Below, one piece after another: positions 33,605 to 44,921 of a stretch of DNA of 64,000 bases (position 1 is the stretch's first letter; the number at the start of each line of letters is the position of its first letter). The notes under the pieces are model-generated. The model was not told the origin of the DNA, ran no database searches, and worked only from the letters and a program-made list of their open reading frames with translations. The stretch covers positions 64,001 through 128,000 of the forward strand of contig CAVOHZ010000006.1 of assembly GCA_963695855.1 (NCBI GenBank), given 5' to 3'. This DNA comes from an uncultured Nitrososphaerales archaeon. Its GTDB lineage: Archaea > Thermoproteota > Nitrososphaeria > Nitrososphaerales > Nitrososphaeraceae. A program made the translations under genes and the position numbers.

Positions 33605-34339
33605 ATGGGCTATAACTCAGTTTTGAAGACTACATCTGAGGTGATAGAGGCTGAACAAGGTCTTCGTAGACTTCGACTTTTTCGACATCATTCGCAAATC
33701 AAATCTTGGGACACATATAAAATGATTAAAAAGCTTAGTAGTGCAAACAAGGAATCTTTTGTATTGGATGTAGGATGTTACGAATCTCCTATTTTACCTA
33801 TGTTAAAAAGATTAGGATTTATCAATCTTTATGGTTGCGATCTAGTATTGAAATCATCATCAGATTGCAATTCAAGTTTTACTAATAATAACAATTCTTT
33901 CACGTATCATGAAGATTATGAACCTATAGCCAAAATGTACAGTGACAGATCATATCAACTTTCAATTAGAAACATAGAAGATATAAAGTACAAAGATCAG
34001 ATGTTTGATTATGTGACTTCTTTATCTGTTATCGAACATGGAGTTAATATTGAAAAATACTTTAGAGAAATGAGTAGAATTATAAAAAGTAATGGTTATC
34101 TTTTGACATCTACAGATTATTGGCCTGATAAATTAGTTAACAATAAAAATGTCCTCTCTAAAGGAACACCAGATAATATTTTCAGCAGAGATGAAATTGA
34201 AAAGTTGGTAGAGGTTGCAGATAAAAATGGATTAAAACTAATTGAACCAATAGATTTTGAATATAAAGATAAGGTTGTTCGATGGAATTCAATAGGTTTG
34301 GACTTTACTTTTATTTTCTTTGCTATGAGAAAAGATTAA
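33605..34339 (+). CDS. Class I SAM-dependent methyltransferase
   Basis: VLDVGC, FDYVTSLSVIEH, EMSRIIKSNGYL. Confidence 0.88.
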   Translation: MGYNSVLKTTSEVIEAEQGLRRLRLFRHHSQIKSWDTYKMIKKLSSANKESFVLDVGCYESPILPMLKRLGFINLYGCDLVLKSSSDCNSSFTNNNNSFTYHEDYEPIAKMYSDRSYQLSIRNIEDIKYKDQMFDYVTSLSVIEHGVNIEKYFREMSRIIKSNGYLLTSTDYWPDKLVNNKNVLSKGTPDNIFSRDEIEKLVEVADKNGLKLIEPIDFEYKDKVVRWNSIGLDFTFIFFAMRKD

Positions 34340-34398
34340 ATGAAATTTTTTTGAAAAGTTGTCAAATTCTTAAATAATATATTTATTATCACTTCATA

Positions 34399-34635
34399 AT
34401 GAAAACAACAATATCTTTCAATGCTATGATCTTAATAATGACTCTTGGAATTGGTATAATAGTTGGAGGATTAACAGGATCAGCACTTGCACAAACAGAT
34501 AATCAAACTAAGGCAGAACAAGGTAAAAATAATACGGAGAGAGGAAGTGGTATAATGGACAAAATTGGTGATATGGCAAAAGAGAAAATAAGTCAAGGTA
34601 TACAAGATATTATAGGTGGAGGCGGAAGTCAATAA
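34399..34635 (+). CDS. Small secreted protein
   Basis: Signal peptide ending ALA-Q. Confidence 0.6.
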   Translation: MKTTISFNAMILIMTLGIGIIVGGLTGSALAQTDNQTKAEQGKNNTERGSGIMDKIGDMAKEKISQGIQDIIGGGGSQ

Positions 34636-35089
34636 TAAATGATGGTAATTTGATGATGTTTACTCAATAATATTTCTCAAACATTTTTAGATTTTATAAT
34701 TAAAAATTATAAATATAAGTTAACTTTAGATTAACGCCAAATAGATATTTAATTCTCGGATTGGGATTCTAACCCTTATCCATCAAATGTGGGTTCTACT
34801 ATCAACTATTAAAATATTTATTATATCAATGTTTAGACAGGATCGATGGTTTCTTTTCAAATTTTTATTACATCTATATTTTTGGTTCTTATAATTTGAT
34901 CAAGAAATAAATGGTAGAGTTACTATTGCTGCGATCATTATCATACATTTTATTATCATTTAACATGATTCATTCATACGGTATAAGTTTTTTTGATAAT
35001 AAACCAATAATGCAAATAATTTTTAATCAACCAATCAATCAATTAATCAAGACCTAACCTTTTTCTAATCTTTTCAACAGGAAAAAAAA

Positions 35090-35335
35090 GGCAAATCTCC
35101 TATAACAGATCTTGCATATTCATTTTCAATATCTCTAAGCAGATTTTTCTATTTTTTCTTTACCTTCTTTTGTTTTAAGAACTTGTAGTGGGGTCATATT
35201 ATCAAAAGATGGTATCTTCATATTAATCCAGTCCTCATAGTATTTTTCAAAAAAATCATCTATTTGTTTAGTAACTGAAGGTGGAATCTCATCATCTTCA
35301 ATAATATCTTCTATTTCTTCTGCTCCATCATTAAT
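35090..35335 (-). pseudogene. Fragment resembling MbcA/ParS/Xre C-terminal (DUF2384-like) domain
   Basis: YYEDWINMKIPSFDNMTPLQVLKTKEGKEKIE [frameshift] LLRDIEN. Confidence 0.45.
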
Positions 35336-36423
35336 TGTCTTTTGTTATTATTATCTTTAGACTCTTGATGCTCAATATCAAGACATCTTTTAATAATGAT
35401 AAAGTTTATGATATAATATCTAGTCCAGAAAACTTAACTATAGCAAAACAATCTGCTTATTCCGTAATATATGAAAAGAACTTTGTTCAACCAAATCCCA
35501 ACCTAAAAATAACAGGTCCCTACAAGAAAGCAGAATTCCTTGCTATGTCTACCAATTCATATAGGATGATGAAAATGACCCTACTTTTAGACACCTTTTT
35601 GGCTTTTGAAGAGATACTTCCCTTATCATTTAACGATTTCCGCCTTAAACCTGCCTTCCTTCATTTTCAAATCTTGTCTTAGATTCGTTCTAGCCAAGTA
35701 AATAGGTTGTATGCTTGCTATCTTATCTACATATGCAATTATCTAAACTGTATGACAATAATATCAAGTTAATGTCAGAATACGTATATTATGAGTGATT
35801 ATTTGCCAATTCCACTTAACAGTGGAATTTTGAAGTGTTAAGAGCAGGATATACTTTTTCCTTTGGTTTTAAATTGGAGGCTGTGAATATCTGTTCTCAA
35901 ATATTTTATTGAATCAATATTACTACTTTGTCCTGCCAACTGCCAACAGCAACAAAGATTATATTAATAGTATTTTACTTTGTCTATATCGAATTTAAAT
36001 AAATGCTGAAATAGCAAATTTATAAGGAGAAATTAGCAGGGGGCAAGAATTTAGAATTCATAAAAAAAACGGGAATCTAAATATGGTAAAAAAGAAGATA
36101 AAACCAAAGCAAGAAAAACAAATTGTTGAGAGGATATCTATTTCCACCCTTTGTCTCTGAAACGATGATCGATCATAAATTTTTTATATCATTGTGAATT
36201 CATGAATTCAGCAGTTGCTTTTTCTGAATATCAGATAATTTCAGGATGTAAGACTTGGGCACATGTTAACGTAAGAGTACTGAGCTAAAGCTCTTTCTAT
36301 CAAAGTATCTTGATAACACTGATACAATATTGATGAAATATGAGATACTTAGTCTGGGTATCTAATAAAACAAATTTTCAAAAAATCTTTTTTCATAAAA
36401 CAATGAATTTGTAATGCGACATG

Positions 36424-37146
36424 GGTGCTGTTAACTTAAGGAAAGAGCTATAGCTGTGAAGGTTCTATTCTAACAATATATGCTGTTAAGATTTGTCAGA
36501 AATAGAACATCCACATGTATAGTAATGTATTCTTTGTATTTGTACTTTCTTGGTCTCAGTCTACGTAATTCATCCAAAGCATTGGAACTGTTTAAGGACC
36601 AAAAAAGAAGTTATGTTGCTGTTTGGAAATGGATTCAACGATTTGGTTCATTACAGATTTACAAGAGAAAAAGAGTATCAGCATTCATCATAGATGAAAC
36701 TATAATTCAGATTGGTAATCAACATTTCTGGTTGTGGATCTGTATTGAACCTGTTCACAGATCTGTGCTTGGGATCTACATCTCAGAAGAGAGAAACATG
36801 TTTGTAGCAGAGAATTTTATCCGATCTCTTGTATCCAAATATGGTAGACATACAGTATACACAGATGGTGGTACGTGGTATCCACAAGCATGTAACTTTT
36901 TAAATCTGAAACATCGATTACATTCACCCTTAGAGAAAAGTCTGATTGAAAGAATGATGCAGTATTTCAAGGATAGGACAGAATCTTTTGATGATTACTA
37001 TCCATGTATCAACAACCAAAAGAAAAATTGTGATCTACAACATGTATACAATTGGATCAAGTTATTCATATATCTGTATAATGCAAAAATCAGAAAGAAA
37101 TTTCTATTCGAAATTGGAGGTGAAATAATCTTAAGTTAACAGCACC
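36424..37146 (+). mobile_element. IS6-family insertion sequence (723 bp)
   Basis: 17-bp TIR ggtgctgttaacttaag / cttaagttaacagcacc; 8-bp TSD gcgacatg at 36416-36423 and 37147-37154. Confidence 0.92.
36480..37139 (+). CDS. IS6-family DDE transposase
   Basis: [36 protein letters not shown]. Confidence 0.9.
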   Translation: MLLRFVRNRTSTCIVMYSLYLYFLGLSLRNSSKALELFKDQKRSYVAVWKWIQRFGSLQIYKRKRVSAFIIDETIIQIGNQHFWLWICIEPVHRSVLGIYISEERNMFVAENFIRSLVSKYGRHTVYTDGGTWYPQACNFLNLKHRLHSPLEKSLIERMMQYFKDRTESFDDYYPCINNQKKNCDLQHVYNWIKLFIYLYNAKIRKKFLFEIGGEIILS

Positions 37147-37545
37147 GCGACATGTACGAATATTTCAAATATATTTGAATTGTAGTTCATGTAAGAAGGA
37201 GTTTAATAATCTTGTTGAAGGAGTAAATTATTCCAGGTCAGTCATAGGGTATTATATCATTTTGTTCAGATAACTGTTGTAAAGCATATCTTAATGAAAA
37301 ATTGAAATAGTTAAATTTCTTAATATCAATAAAACCAATAATTTTACAATAAATAAAAATTATTTATTAAAATTAAAAATATTGTTAAAAAAAAGAATAC
37401 AAAATGTTTTTATAAAGAAAGATAAACAAATTGAAAGGATATACATGTAAGATAAACCAAGAAAAGAATATGGAAAAATAAAAAAATATATTATTATTTA
37501 ATATAACTAAAAATGGTAATTAACTTAATCTTAAACATTGGCAGT

Positions 37546-37686
37546 TTATTTATCTTCATATTGTTCTTCTTCCACTTTATCATCTTCCTCCTCCTGTTTA
37601 TCATCCTCTAGATGATGAGTTTCATCCCTCATTTCTTCTCTTTCAGTTTGATCACTATTTTCCTCTCTTTCAGATTTATCACTCAT
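37546..37686 (-). CDS. Small acidic protein (46 aa)
   Basis: MSDKSEREENSDQTEREEMRDETHHLEDDKQEEEDDKVEEEQYEDK*. Confidence 0.5.
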   Translation of the reverse strand: MSDKSEREENSDQTEREEMRDETHHLEDDKQEEEDDKVEEEQYEDK

Positions 37687-37955
37687 GATTATAATGATAG
37701 AAGTGTAGCTAATAACTTTAATTATTGTTATGTTTTTTTATATTTTTCGAATCTCTGTATTTAGCATAGAATATCTCATTCTAGCTATCAGTACTCTATT
37801 CCCAACAATTTTGAATAATAAAAATATTATAATACTTTTATGAATGCCTAATTTATTTCAAAACTATTAGTAATAAGATTGTTTAGAAGTTTATGTAGAG
37901 TATGTATACTTTAATTACAATATGTTATTATAGTTGATAAAAAATTAAATTGAAT

Positions 37956-38600
37956 TTATTGTATTATCAAAACAGGTTTACTAATATGATTCATTATTTT
38001 TCTGACATCACTAAATAATGAGCTAAACCATGAATCTATATGATAAGTTAACATAACGACCAAATCATAGCTATTATTATTAATTTCATTCACTATTTCG
38101 TCAACTACATTACCAGTTAGAAATTTATAAGAAATTTTATTTTGACATCCAGCTTCTTGACATTTCTTTATTTTTTCTTCCATAGCATCTATTACATCAC
38201 CTTTGATATTTCTATGAAACTCTTTTTGATTATCCTTTTCTGATTTCTCATATGAGCCTTCTAAGGAAACATTTCCAAATTTTTCAAAATCGTGTAATAT
38301 ACGAAGTATAATTAATTCTGCTCCAGTGGAATTGGATAAAGAGACAGCATAATTAAGTGCTTTATTTGATATATCTTTTCCATCATCAGTAACTAGTATT
38401 TTCTTAAAAGAAGGAAGGTTATCTTTTGAAATTGAATAATCTTGTAATTCCCTGGATTTATTTCCTAATTGTGATTGTTGTTCTTCTTGTTCTATTTCTG
38501 GTGTAACACTTCCGTCAGGATGAATTGATTCACTTACTTCCATATCTAAAAGATTTTCTTTAGCATCTGAAGATATAGAAGGAGCTTTATCACTACTCAT
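37956..38600 (-). CDS. Universal stress protein (UspA)
   Basis: FKKILVTDDGKDISNKALNYA...YDLVVM...KPVLII. Confidence 0.85.
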   Translation of the reverse strand: MSSDKAPSISSDAKENLLDMEVSESIHPDGSVTPEIEQEEQQSQLGNKSRELQDYSISKDNLPSFKKILVTDDGKDISNKALNYAVSLSNSTGAELIILRILHDFEKFGNVSLEGSYEKSEKDNQKEFHRNIKGDVIDAMEEKIKKCQEAGCQNKISYKFLTGNVVDEIVNEINNNSYDLVVMLTYHIDSWFSSLFSDVRKIMNHISKPVLIIQ

Positions 38601-38687
38601 AATATAATGGTTGATTACAAATATATAACTATATTTTAATTCATAAAAATATAAATCCTAATTATTTTATAATACATACAAAATAGA

Positions 38688-38981
38688 TCATTGCAATTTT
38701 ATGATTTCATCCCATGTTCCAGATAAAGAGAGCATATAAAATTTACTCTGATCTGCACATTCTAAATTTATAATATCTGCAGCTGATAGTTGAATTTGAA
38801 ATAATTTATTTAAGAACTGCAGAAAACTGGGTCCTGCAACTATACTTTTAGCTTCTTTTTCAAGAGGTAGGTTATAGTATTTTTGCAACGCTTCCACTAG
38901 ACCCAAACTACTAATTTCTCCTACTAATTCTGCCAGATCTAAAAATTTTGAATTTCTTTTGTATACTTTAAGCCTAGCCAT
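38688..38981 (-). CDS. Hypothetical protein
   Basis: 97-aa ORF with ATG start. Confidence 0.5.
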   Translation of the reverse strand: MARLKVYKRNSKFLDLAELVGEISSLGLVEALQKYYNLPLEKEAKSIVAGPSFLQFLNKLFQIQLSAADIINLECADQSKFYMLSLSGTWDEIIKLQ

Positions 38982-39057
38982 TATAAAATCATCCTTTGTA
39001 TTCCTCTACTCAATCCATAATATAATATTATCATTATTGTTTATCTATAACCAAGAT

Positions 39058-40230
39058 ATAAGTCAAGTGTCATCATGAATGTCGTTACACCATCTTCCAA
39101 ATCTCTTATCCAGATATTCTGATATTGCATCTTTTTGTTCTTCTATATTGGTATAGAATCTATTTGCACACACATCTGATTTTATCTTCTGGTTTACTTT
39201 TCTCTCATTTGGATTAAGGTATGGCGCCCTCTTTGGAAGGTGTATTATACTGAGCCAGTCTTTTTTCTGTCCATTGATATATTTTTTTGTCATCTTGCTT
39301 AGGTGAAATGAAGCGTTATCCCATACCAGTACAATTCTTTTCCAACCATTATTTTTCATTACATGTATCTTGAGATTCTCTAAATGGTTTATAGCATTGG
39401 TGGAATTTGATCTGTCATAGAAATCATACAACAGATTCTGTTCAGGCCATAGCATGGATATGTACATTGAGAATTTCTTTCTACTACCGTTATGCCTAAT
39501 TTTTTGTTGTTCACCTTCAAAACTCATTGACTTTCTTATACATGGCTTCTGTGTTACTATAGTTTCATCTTCAAAGACCAACATCACTTTCTTTTTTTGA
39601 GAGCTGATGCTACTTGTTTGTAGTTCTTTATCTGTTTCTTTCCCTCTTCATAATCAGCTCCATGTTCAAGTTCAAGCTTGGGTCTCTTACATCTGATACC
39701 CATGTCCTTCAGTATCCTTTGAAGGTGTTTGAAACTGATTGGAATGTCAAGTTCTTCTGTAAGACACTTTGCCAGTGACCTCAGACTCCAGGTGTTTCTG
39801 ATGTAACCAAAAATATTGGGATTGTTAAAAAGTACAGAAAGTATAGTCTCTCTATCCTCATCTGTTATACGGAATTTTGTACCACCTGGTTTCCTTATCT
39901 CCAATCCTTTTGTTCCTATCTGGAGATATGCCGATATCCATCTTTGAACTGACCTGATACTGACACCATGTTCCTTCCTTTGCTATATCTGCAAAAGTTC
40001 TACCGTTGCTCTTCTGAAGTATTGCCATTAATCTGCGATAATGCTTCTTGTCGGTACTATATTTCATCAACGACTTTAGACTGTTCTTCTGTCCTGTGGT
40101 GAGGTTGAGTTTGGTAGTAGAACCATGGTACATAGAATTATGATATTCAGGATACCTTAAGCTTTACCTATTCAATAATTTAGACCTGTTAGTTAAAAGG
40201 ATATGACATTAACCAAGCCACTTGACTTAT
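39058..40230 (-). mobile_element. IS630-family element, transposase in three frames
   Basis: Inverted core ataagtcaagtg (39058-39069) / cacttgacttat (40219-40230); HTH (WSLRSLA) and DDE (FEDET, WDNASFH, PYLNPNE); A7G slippery site near 39592 and an extra frameshift near 39975; true ends may extend about 12 bp further. Confidence 0.85.
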
Positions 40231-40244
40231 GAAATTGATTTAAA

Positions 40245-41625
40245 CTAAAGAATGAAATTATTATCATAATTGGGTTTCCAATAGTTGTGATTCCATTTGA
40301 TAAACTCTGGTTTTTGTTTGTTATCGTCATATTTTATTTCATATATCTCATTATGATCGAGTATTGTATTAATGAGTAACTCACAGTTAACATAAGATAT
40401 AGTATTGGAAGCTGAAATCCAAATATTGAATTTTCTGACTTCATCCTTTTTGGCATCAAGTTGATATTCATCTAATTGAATGATATATTTATTTTTCCAC
40501 AAACCGATCTCCATACTTTTAAATTGAAAAGTAGTAGCTTCTTCAACATTTCTTCTTATTTCATTAGCATATAACTTTTCAATCTGTAATAATGTCACTC
40601 CCTACTCGTTATTCCAATTAAGAAAATCTATACAGGCGTTTCTTGTTTTATGATTCTCCCAATCTTTTTCTATACGATGTTTTTCCATCATCATAATTCT
40701 AACACTTTTTGAATCTACGTTATCTTTACCTGACCTTCTCCTTAATCTTGCCTGATATTTTAGTAATGAAGTATTTGACTGTGACTTTAGAAACGTACTT
40801 GCCAACATTGTGTTTATAGAATCATAGTCGACAGCATATTGGAAAAGTGAACGATACATATTTTTCATTGATTCATCAAGTAAAATTATTTTCTGACCTT
40901 GATCTATTTTCTTTTTTAAACCAATTCCTTCATATCCGAAAAAAGTATCAAACGGGCCAGACAATTCAGAATCAATATTAATTCTATCAATCATTCCTCG
41001 TTTATCTACTGGAAAATTACTATTTCCAAAAATAGGGACAGCAGCGTTTGGTCTATTATTACAAAAATTAAATACATGTATAGACTTTTGATGTTTAACA
41101 AAGTATTCACCCAGATCCTGAAAGAATTGGCTACTCGTTTGTGATGGTAAAAGATGTTCTAATTCGTTTTTGTGTTTAGTAATAAAACTTTCATATGCAC
41201 TGAGATCCAATAGAATATGACCTTCATCACAAAGCTCACATAATCTTCTTACTATTACTGGTCCATTTCCCCAAACAGGTATTCCTACTAAGGATTTAGC
41301 ACTATCGATTTCAATTGCATCACCTCTTGCAATTCCTATTTTCAATGCTAAACAAGATTCTCCTCCTTTTAGTTGAGGAAATTCTGTATGTACTTTTAAG
41401 GCAAGTTGGAGAGGTAATAATGAGGAATCTTTCTTAAACCAGATGATAACTCCGTCACCTGTAAACACTGTTTGAATTTGTTTTTCATATGGAGATAAAT
41501 AATCTTTAATTACAAGTAGTAAATCTTTAATATTATCATTCTGTATATCGGTATCTTTTGAAGAACCGACAATATCAATACAAAAAAATCATACATCATA
41601 AAAATAATGACGAATTTCAAATATC
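40245..41625 (-). pseudogene. Class III nucleotide cyclase with C-terminal extension, two in-frame stops
   Basis: One frame: EIRHYFYDV*FFCIDIVGSS...FTGDG...KIGIARG...WGNG...RRL...NNE*GVTLLQ; stops near 41590 and at 40602. Confidence 0.75.
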
Positions 41626-42106
41626 TAATCTTTACTATATGCTATAGTATAATTAGAGGGGAAAGAATAATTTATCTATATATGGATATTTTTAAATTAT
41701 CATTCTTTATTATTTTAGGTTAATCCATCTACATCAATTAGAAAAATTAAATTTCAAACATTAACATTGTAATAGTCTTAAATTTAAATACAGGATGAAT
41801 TTAAATATTTATTTAAGATACGTATGTATTATCCATTTTAGATGTACTTTGTTGCACAACTATGATTTTCGTTAATTTTGATTAAAAAATGAACGTACTA
41901 TCATATAAGGAATCTATTGTGACAATTTATTGTCATAATCTTGTATCATATTATCGAGATATTCATACTCGTGAGACAAAATAATAGATTGCAAGTTGTT
42001 ATGTTATCTATTAAAATGATGCAATACGTCTAATAAAAACAAACTTTCAGAAAATACTTTTTCAGGAAACAATGAATTAATAATGGCACATCTATAAATA
42101 TTTCAA

Positions 42107-42247
42107 ATGTATTTGAATTGTAATACATGTAAGAAGGAGTTTAATGATTTTGTTGAAGGAGTAAAATATTCCAGCTCAGTCATGGGTATTATATCATTTT
42201 GTTCAGATAACTGTTGTAAAGCATATCTTAATGAAAAATTGAAATAG
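42107..42247 (+). CDS. TRASH/MYM(FCS)-type zinc-finger micro-protein (46 aa)
   Basis: MYLNCNTCKKEFNDFVEGVKYSSSVMGIISFCSDNCCKAYLNEKLK*; degenerate copy at about 37169-37310. Confidence 0.65.
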   Translation: MYLNCNTCKKEFNDFVEGVKYSSSVMGIISFCSDNCCKAYLNEKLK

Positions 42248-42555
42248 TTAAATTTCTCAATATCATTTCATCTAAAAGAATAGGAAATATAATATAATTT
42301 GTTGTTTCTATTGTTTAATATGAGAAATGGTGAAGTTATTGATTTTAGGATTGGAAGTCATTTTAGTTTTTAAATTGTTATAATTTATTTTTACAAAAAA
42401 AATTATTTTATATATTATTCTTAAATAGTTTAATTAGATATTTTATATGCTTAGCATAAATATATGATAACAGTCACAACCAAATGATAACATAAAATAA
42501 CAAATGATAGCAATGATGATATCATTTATTAACTGCTTTTTTATTGCAATCAACA

Positions 42556-42743
42556 ATGACTGAAATCATCAATAAATTTGGAAAAGAGAAAAAAGTTATA
42601 GAATTACATTTACAAGGTAAAACTATTCCTGATATTGCTATAGATGTTCATATTGTCATTTGGAGATATTTCAAAAAAATAAAGAATATGACAGAAAAAT
42701 AAGATTAGAAACACAAAATGGTCTATCGAATGGCATCATTAAT
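42556..42743 (+). pseudogene. HTH protein 5' remnant next to IS481
   Basis: MTEIINKFGKEKKVIELHLQGKTIPDIAIDVH [frameshift] SFGDISKK. Confidence 0.55.
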
Positions 42744-43796
42744 TGTTGTACTTGCTAACATAGGTTACAATTTCATTTACTGACATGGGTAACACTTTCT
42801 AGTTCTGCTAGGAAGTGTATAAAAAATAGAAATACAAACAAGATATAATTTAATTCATGAAAAAGAATGGACTGGAGATACGGTAACTGATATTTGTACT
42901 AGATATCAAATATCCAGAAAGATATACTACAAGTGGAGGAACAGGTACCTAAAGTATGGAATAAATGGTCTACATGATAGAAGTAGAAAACCACACAATA
43001 TACAACCTGCAAAAATAACAAAAGAGATAGAAGAAGAAATATTGGATTTACGTATAACAAAAAGATTTGGATGTAACCGGATCAGATTCAGGTTAAAAAG
43101 ACTAGAGGAGATGTCACTAAGTACAAGAATCATATACAAGATATTGAAAAGACATGGTCTGAATATCCTGGAATGCAAGATAAGGAATAAAAGAAAATGG
43201 AATAGGTTTGCAATGAAAAAACCCAATCAAATGGTACAGATGGATATTTTAGGTCCTTTTTATCTAGAAAATTGTGCTCAAAAGAACTATTTTATCAGTT
43301 GTGAAGACGATTGTTCAAGAAAGGTATCAAGTGACTGGTCTGAAAGAAAAAGAAGCATAGATGTATTGCATGTACTAGAAGACTATATTGTAGAGAATGG
43401 GAAACCAGAAAAGGTAATGCATGATAATGGTAAACAGTTTACATCCAGAATATTCAGACGTTTTCTACAACGTAATAACATTAAAGATAAATCCATACCT
43501 GCCAGATATCCGCAACTACAGGGAAAGATAGAAGCATATAACAAGATAGTAAAAAACGAATTTTTAGCAGCAGAAAATATTCCTAATGTAGAAGATGGAA
43601 AGAGAATGTATGCCATGTTTGTAAAAGCATACAATGAAGAAAGAGAACATGGTGGCATCAATGGTCACACACCATCTGAAATGTTTCTTAGGAAAGGAAG
43701 ATTAAATAATCATAATGGTAACAAGAAAATCAAGCAGATAAAAAGTGTTACCCATGTTGGTAAGTGAATCTGTTACCGATCTATGTAAGTACAACA
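42744..43796 (+). mobile_element. IS481-family insertion sequence (1053 bp)
   Basis: TGT...ACA ends (tgttgtactt / aagtacaaca) with extended imperfect IR; 6-bp TSD attaat at 42738-42743 and 43797-43802. Confidence 0.9.
42815..43767 (+). CDS. IS481-family transposase (frame offset in an A6 run just after GTG 42815)
   Basis: Frame open from 42823: HTH ISRKIYYKWRNRY, GLHDRSRKPH, QMDI, DDCSR, HDNGKQF, QGKIE, YNEEREH. Confidence 0.85.
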
Positions 43797-44384
43797 ATTA
43801 ATCAAATAAAAAGAATTTCAAAATGTAGTAGATCCTATGAATTATTGTTACAAGGAAAGAAGCCAGTAGAAGTTGCAATTGAAATAAATTTATGTTATCA
43901 CGAAATAAGAAAACATTAGAGAGAATATTTGAGACTGCGAAAAATGAATGAGTTGTATCAGATATATATTGATAATGAATATCAGCACGAGCCCGTCGGA
44001 AGTAACACCAATAGAGCTGCAAAAATAAGAGTCTAATGTGATAGTATAATGGATAATATTTAAGAGATCATAGGTATTCTATCTTCACAAATATGGGCAA
44101 CTGTATCTGTAATTATCAAAGTTACAGAAATTAGTATAAACTTTAATAAGCTAGGCAAAATGCTAAAATAACAATTTTTAAATGAAAAATCTAGTCTATC
44201 AAAAAATGAATAAATTATCATACTATTTTTATTATGTTCATTAGGAAGTAACGATTGTAATTAAATTAAATCTTATTATCATTGTAACTATTTAATATAA
44301 ATTACTAACCATCTTCTCATTCAGGTGAATTGGCTCTTTAAAAGACATAAAGAGGTGTGTGTATAGATAATTGTTATTTGTTAT

Positions 44385-44921
44385 TTGGGGAAAAAAAATA
44401 ATATAAGTAATAATAGAATTTTCAATAGATTTCTTACTAATTTTTACAAGAAATATAGAGAAACTATTTTAATGAATAAGGATTTACTTATTGCTGGGAC
44501 ATTTGGATTTTTAGCTAGTGCTGTTATAGCTGAACTATATGCGATTTATTCTCCTAATGACGTATTAACTTCTACAGTAACAGTATTGGTTGGATTTATA
44601 ATATACAAGATAATTTTTATAATTCTTTTTCACATCGACAACAGACAAAAATATACCGATAAATTTACTAGCCAGATTAATTTCAATATTCTAAAACAAA
44701 TAATAAAGAAGATGGTATTTGCTTGGTCTATATTTGACATTGTTAACAATCTATCACGATGGATAATACTATTTGAATTATTATTAACAGGATTCAGACC
44801 CTTTGAAGCAGCTATGATATCTTCTATAACTGCTTCTTCTATATCTTATTTAGCAATAAATATAATCTCAAGACGTATCAAAATCTTCTCATCATTAAAG
44901 AAGAAGAAAAGACCAAAATGA
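44385..44921 (+). CDS. Multi-TM membrane protein (thaumarchaeal family)
   Basis: Four hydrophobic helices. Confidence 0.6.
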   Translation: MGKKNNISNNRIFNRFLTNFYKKYRETILMNKDLLIAGTFGFLASAVIAELYAIYSPNDVLTSTVTVLVGFIIYKIIFIILFHIDNRQKYTDKFTSQINFNILKQIIKKMVFAWSIFDIVNNLSRWIILFELLLTGFRPFEAAMISSITASSISYLAINIISRRIKIFSSLKKKKRPK

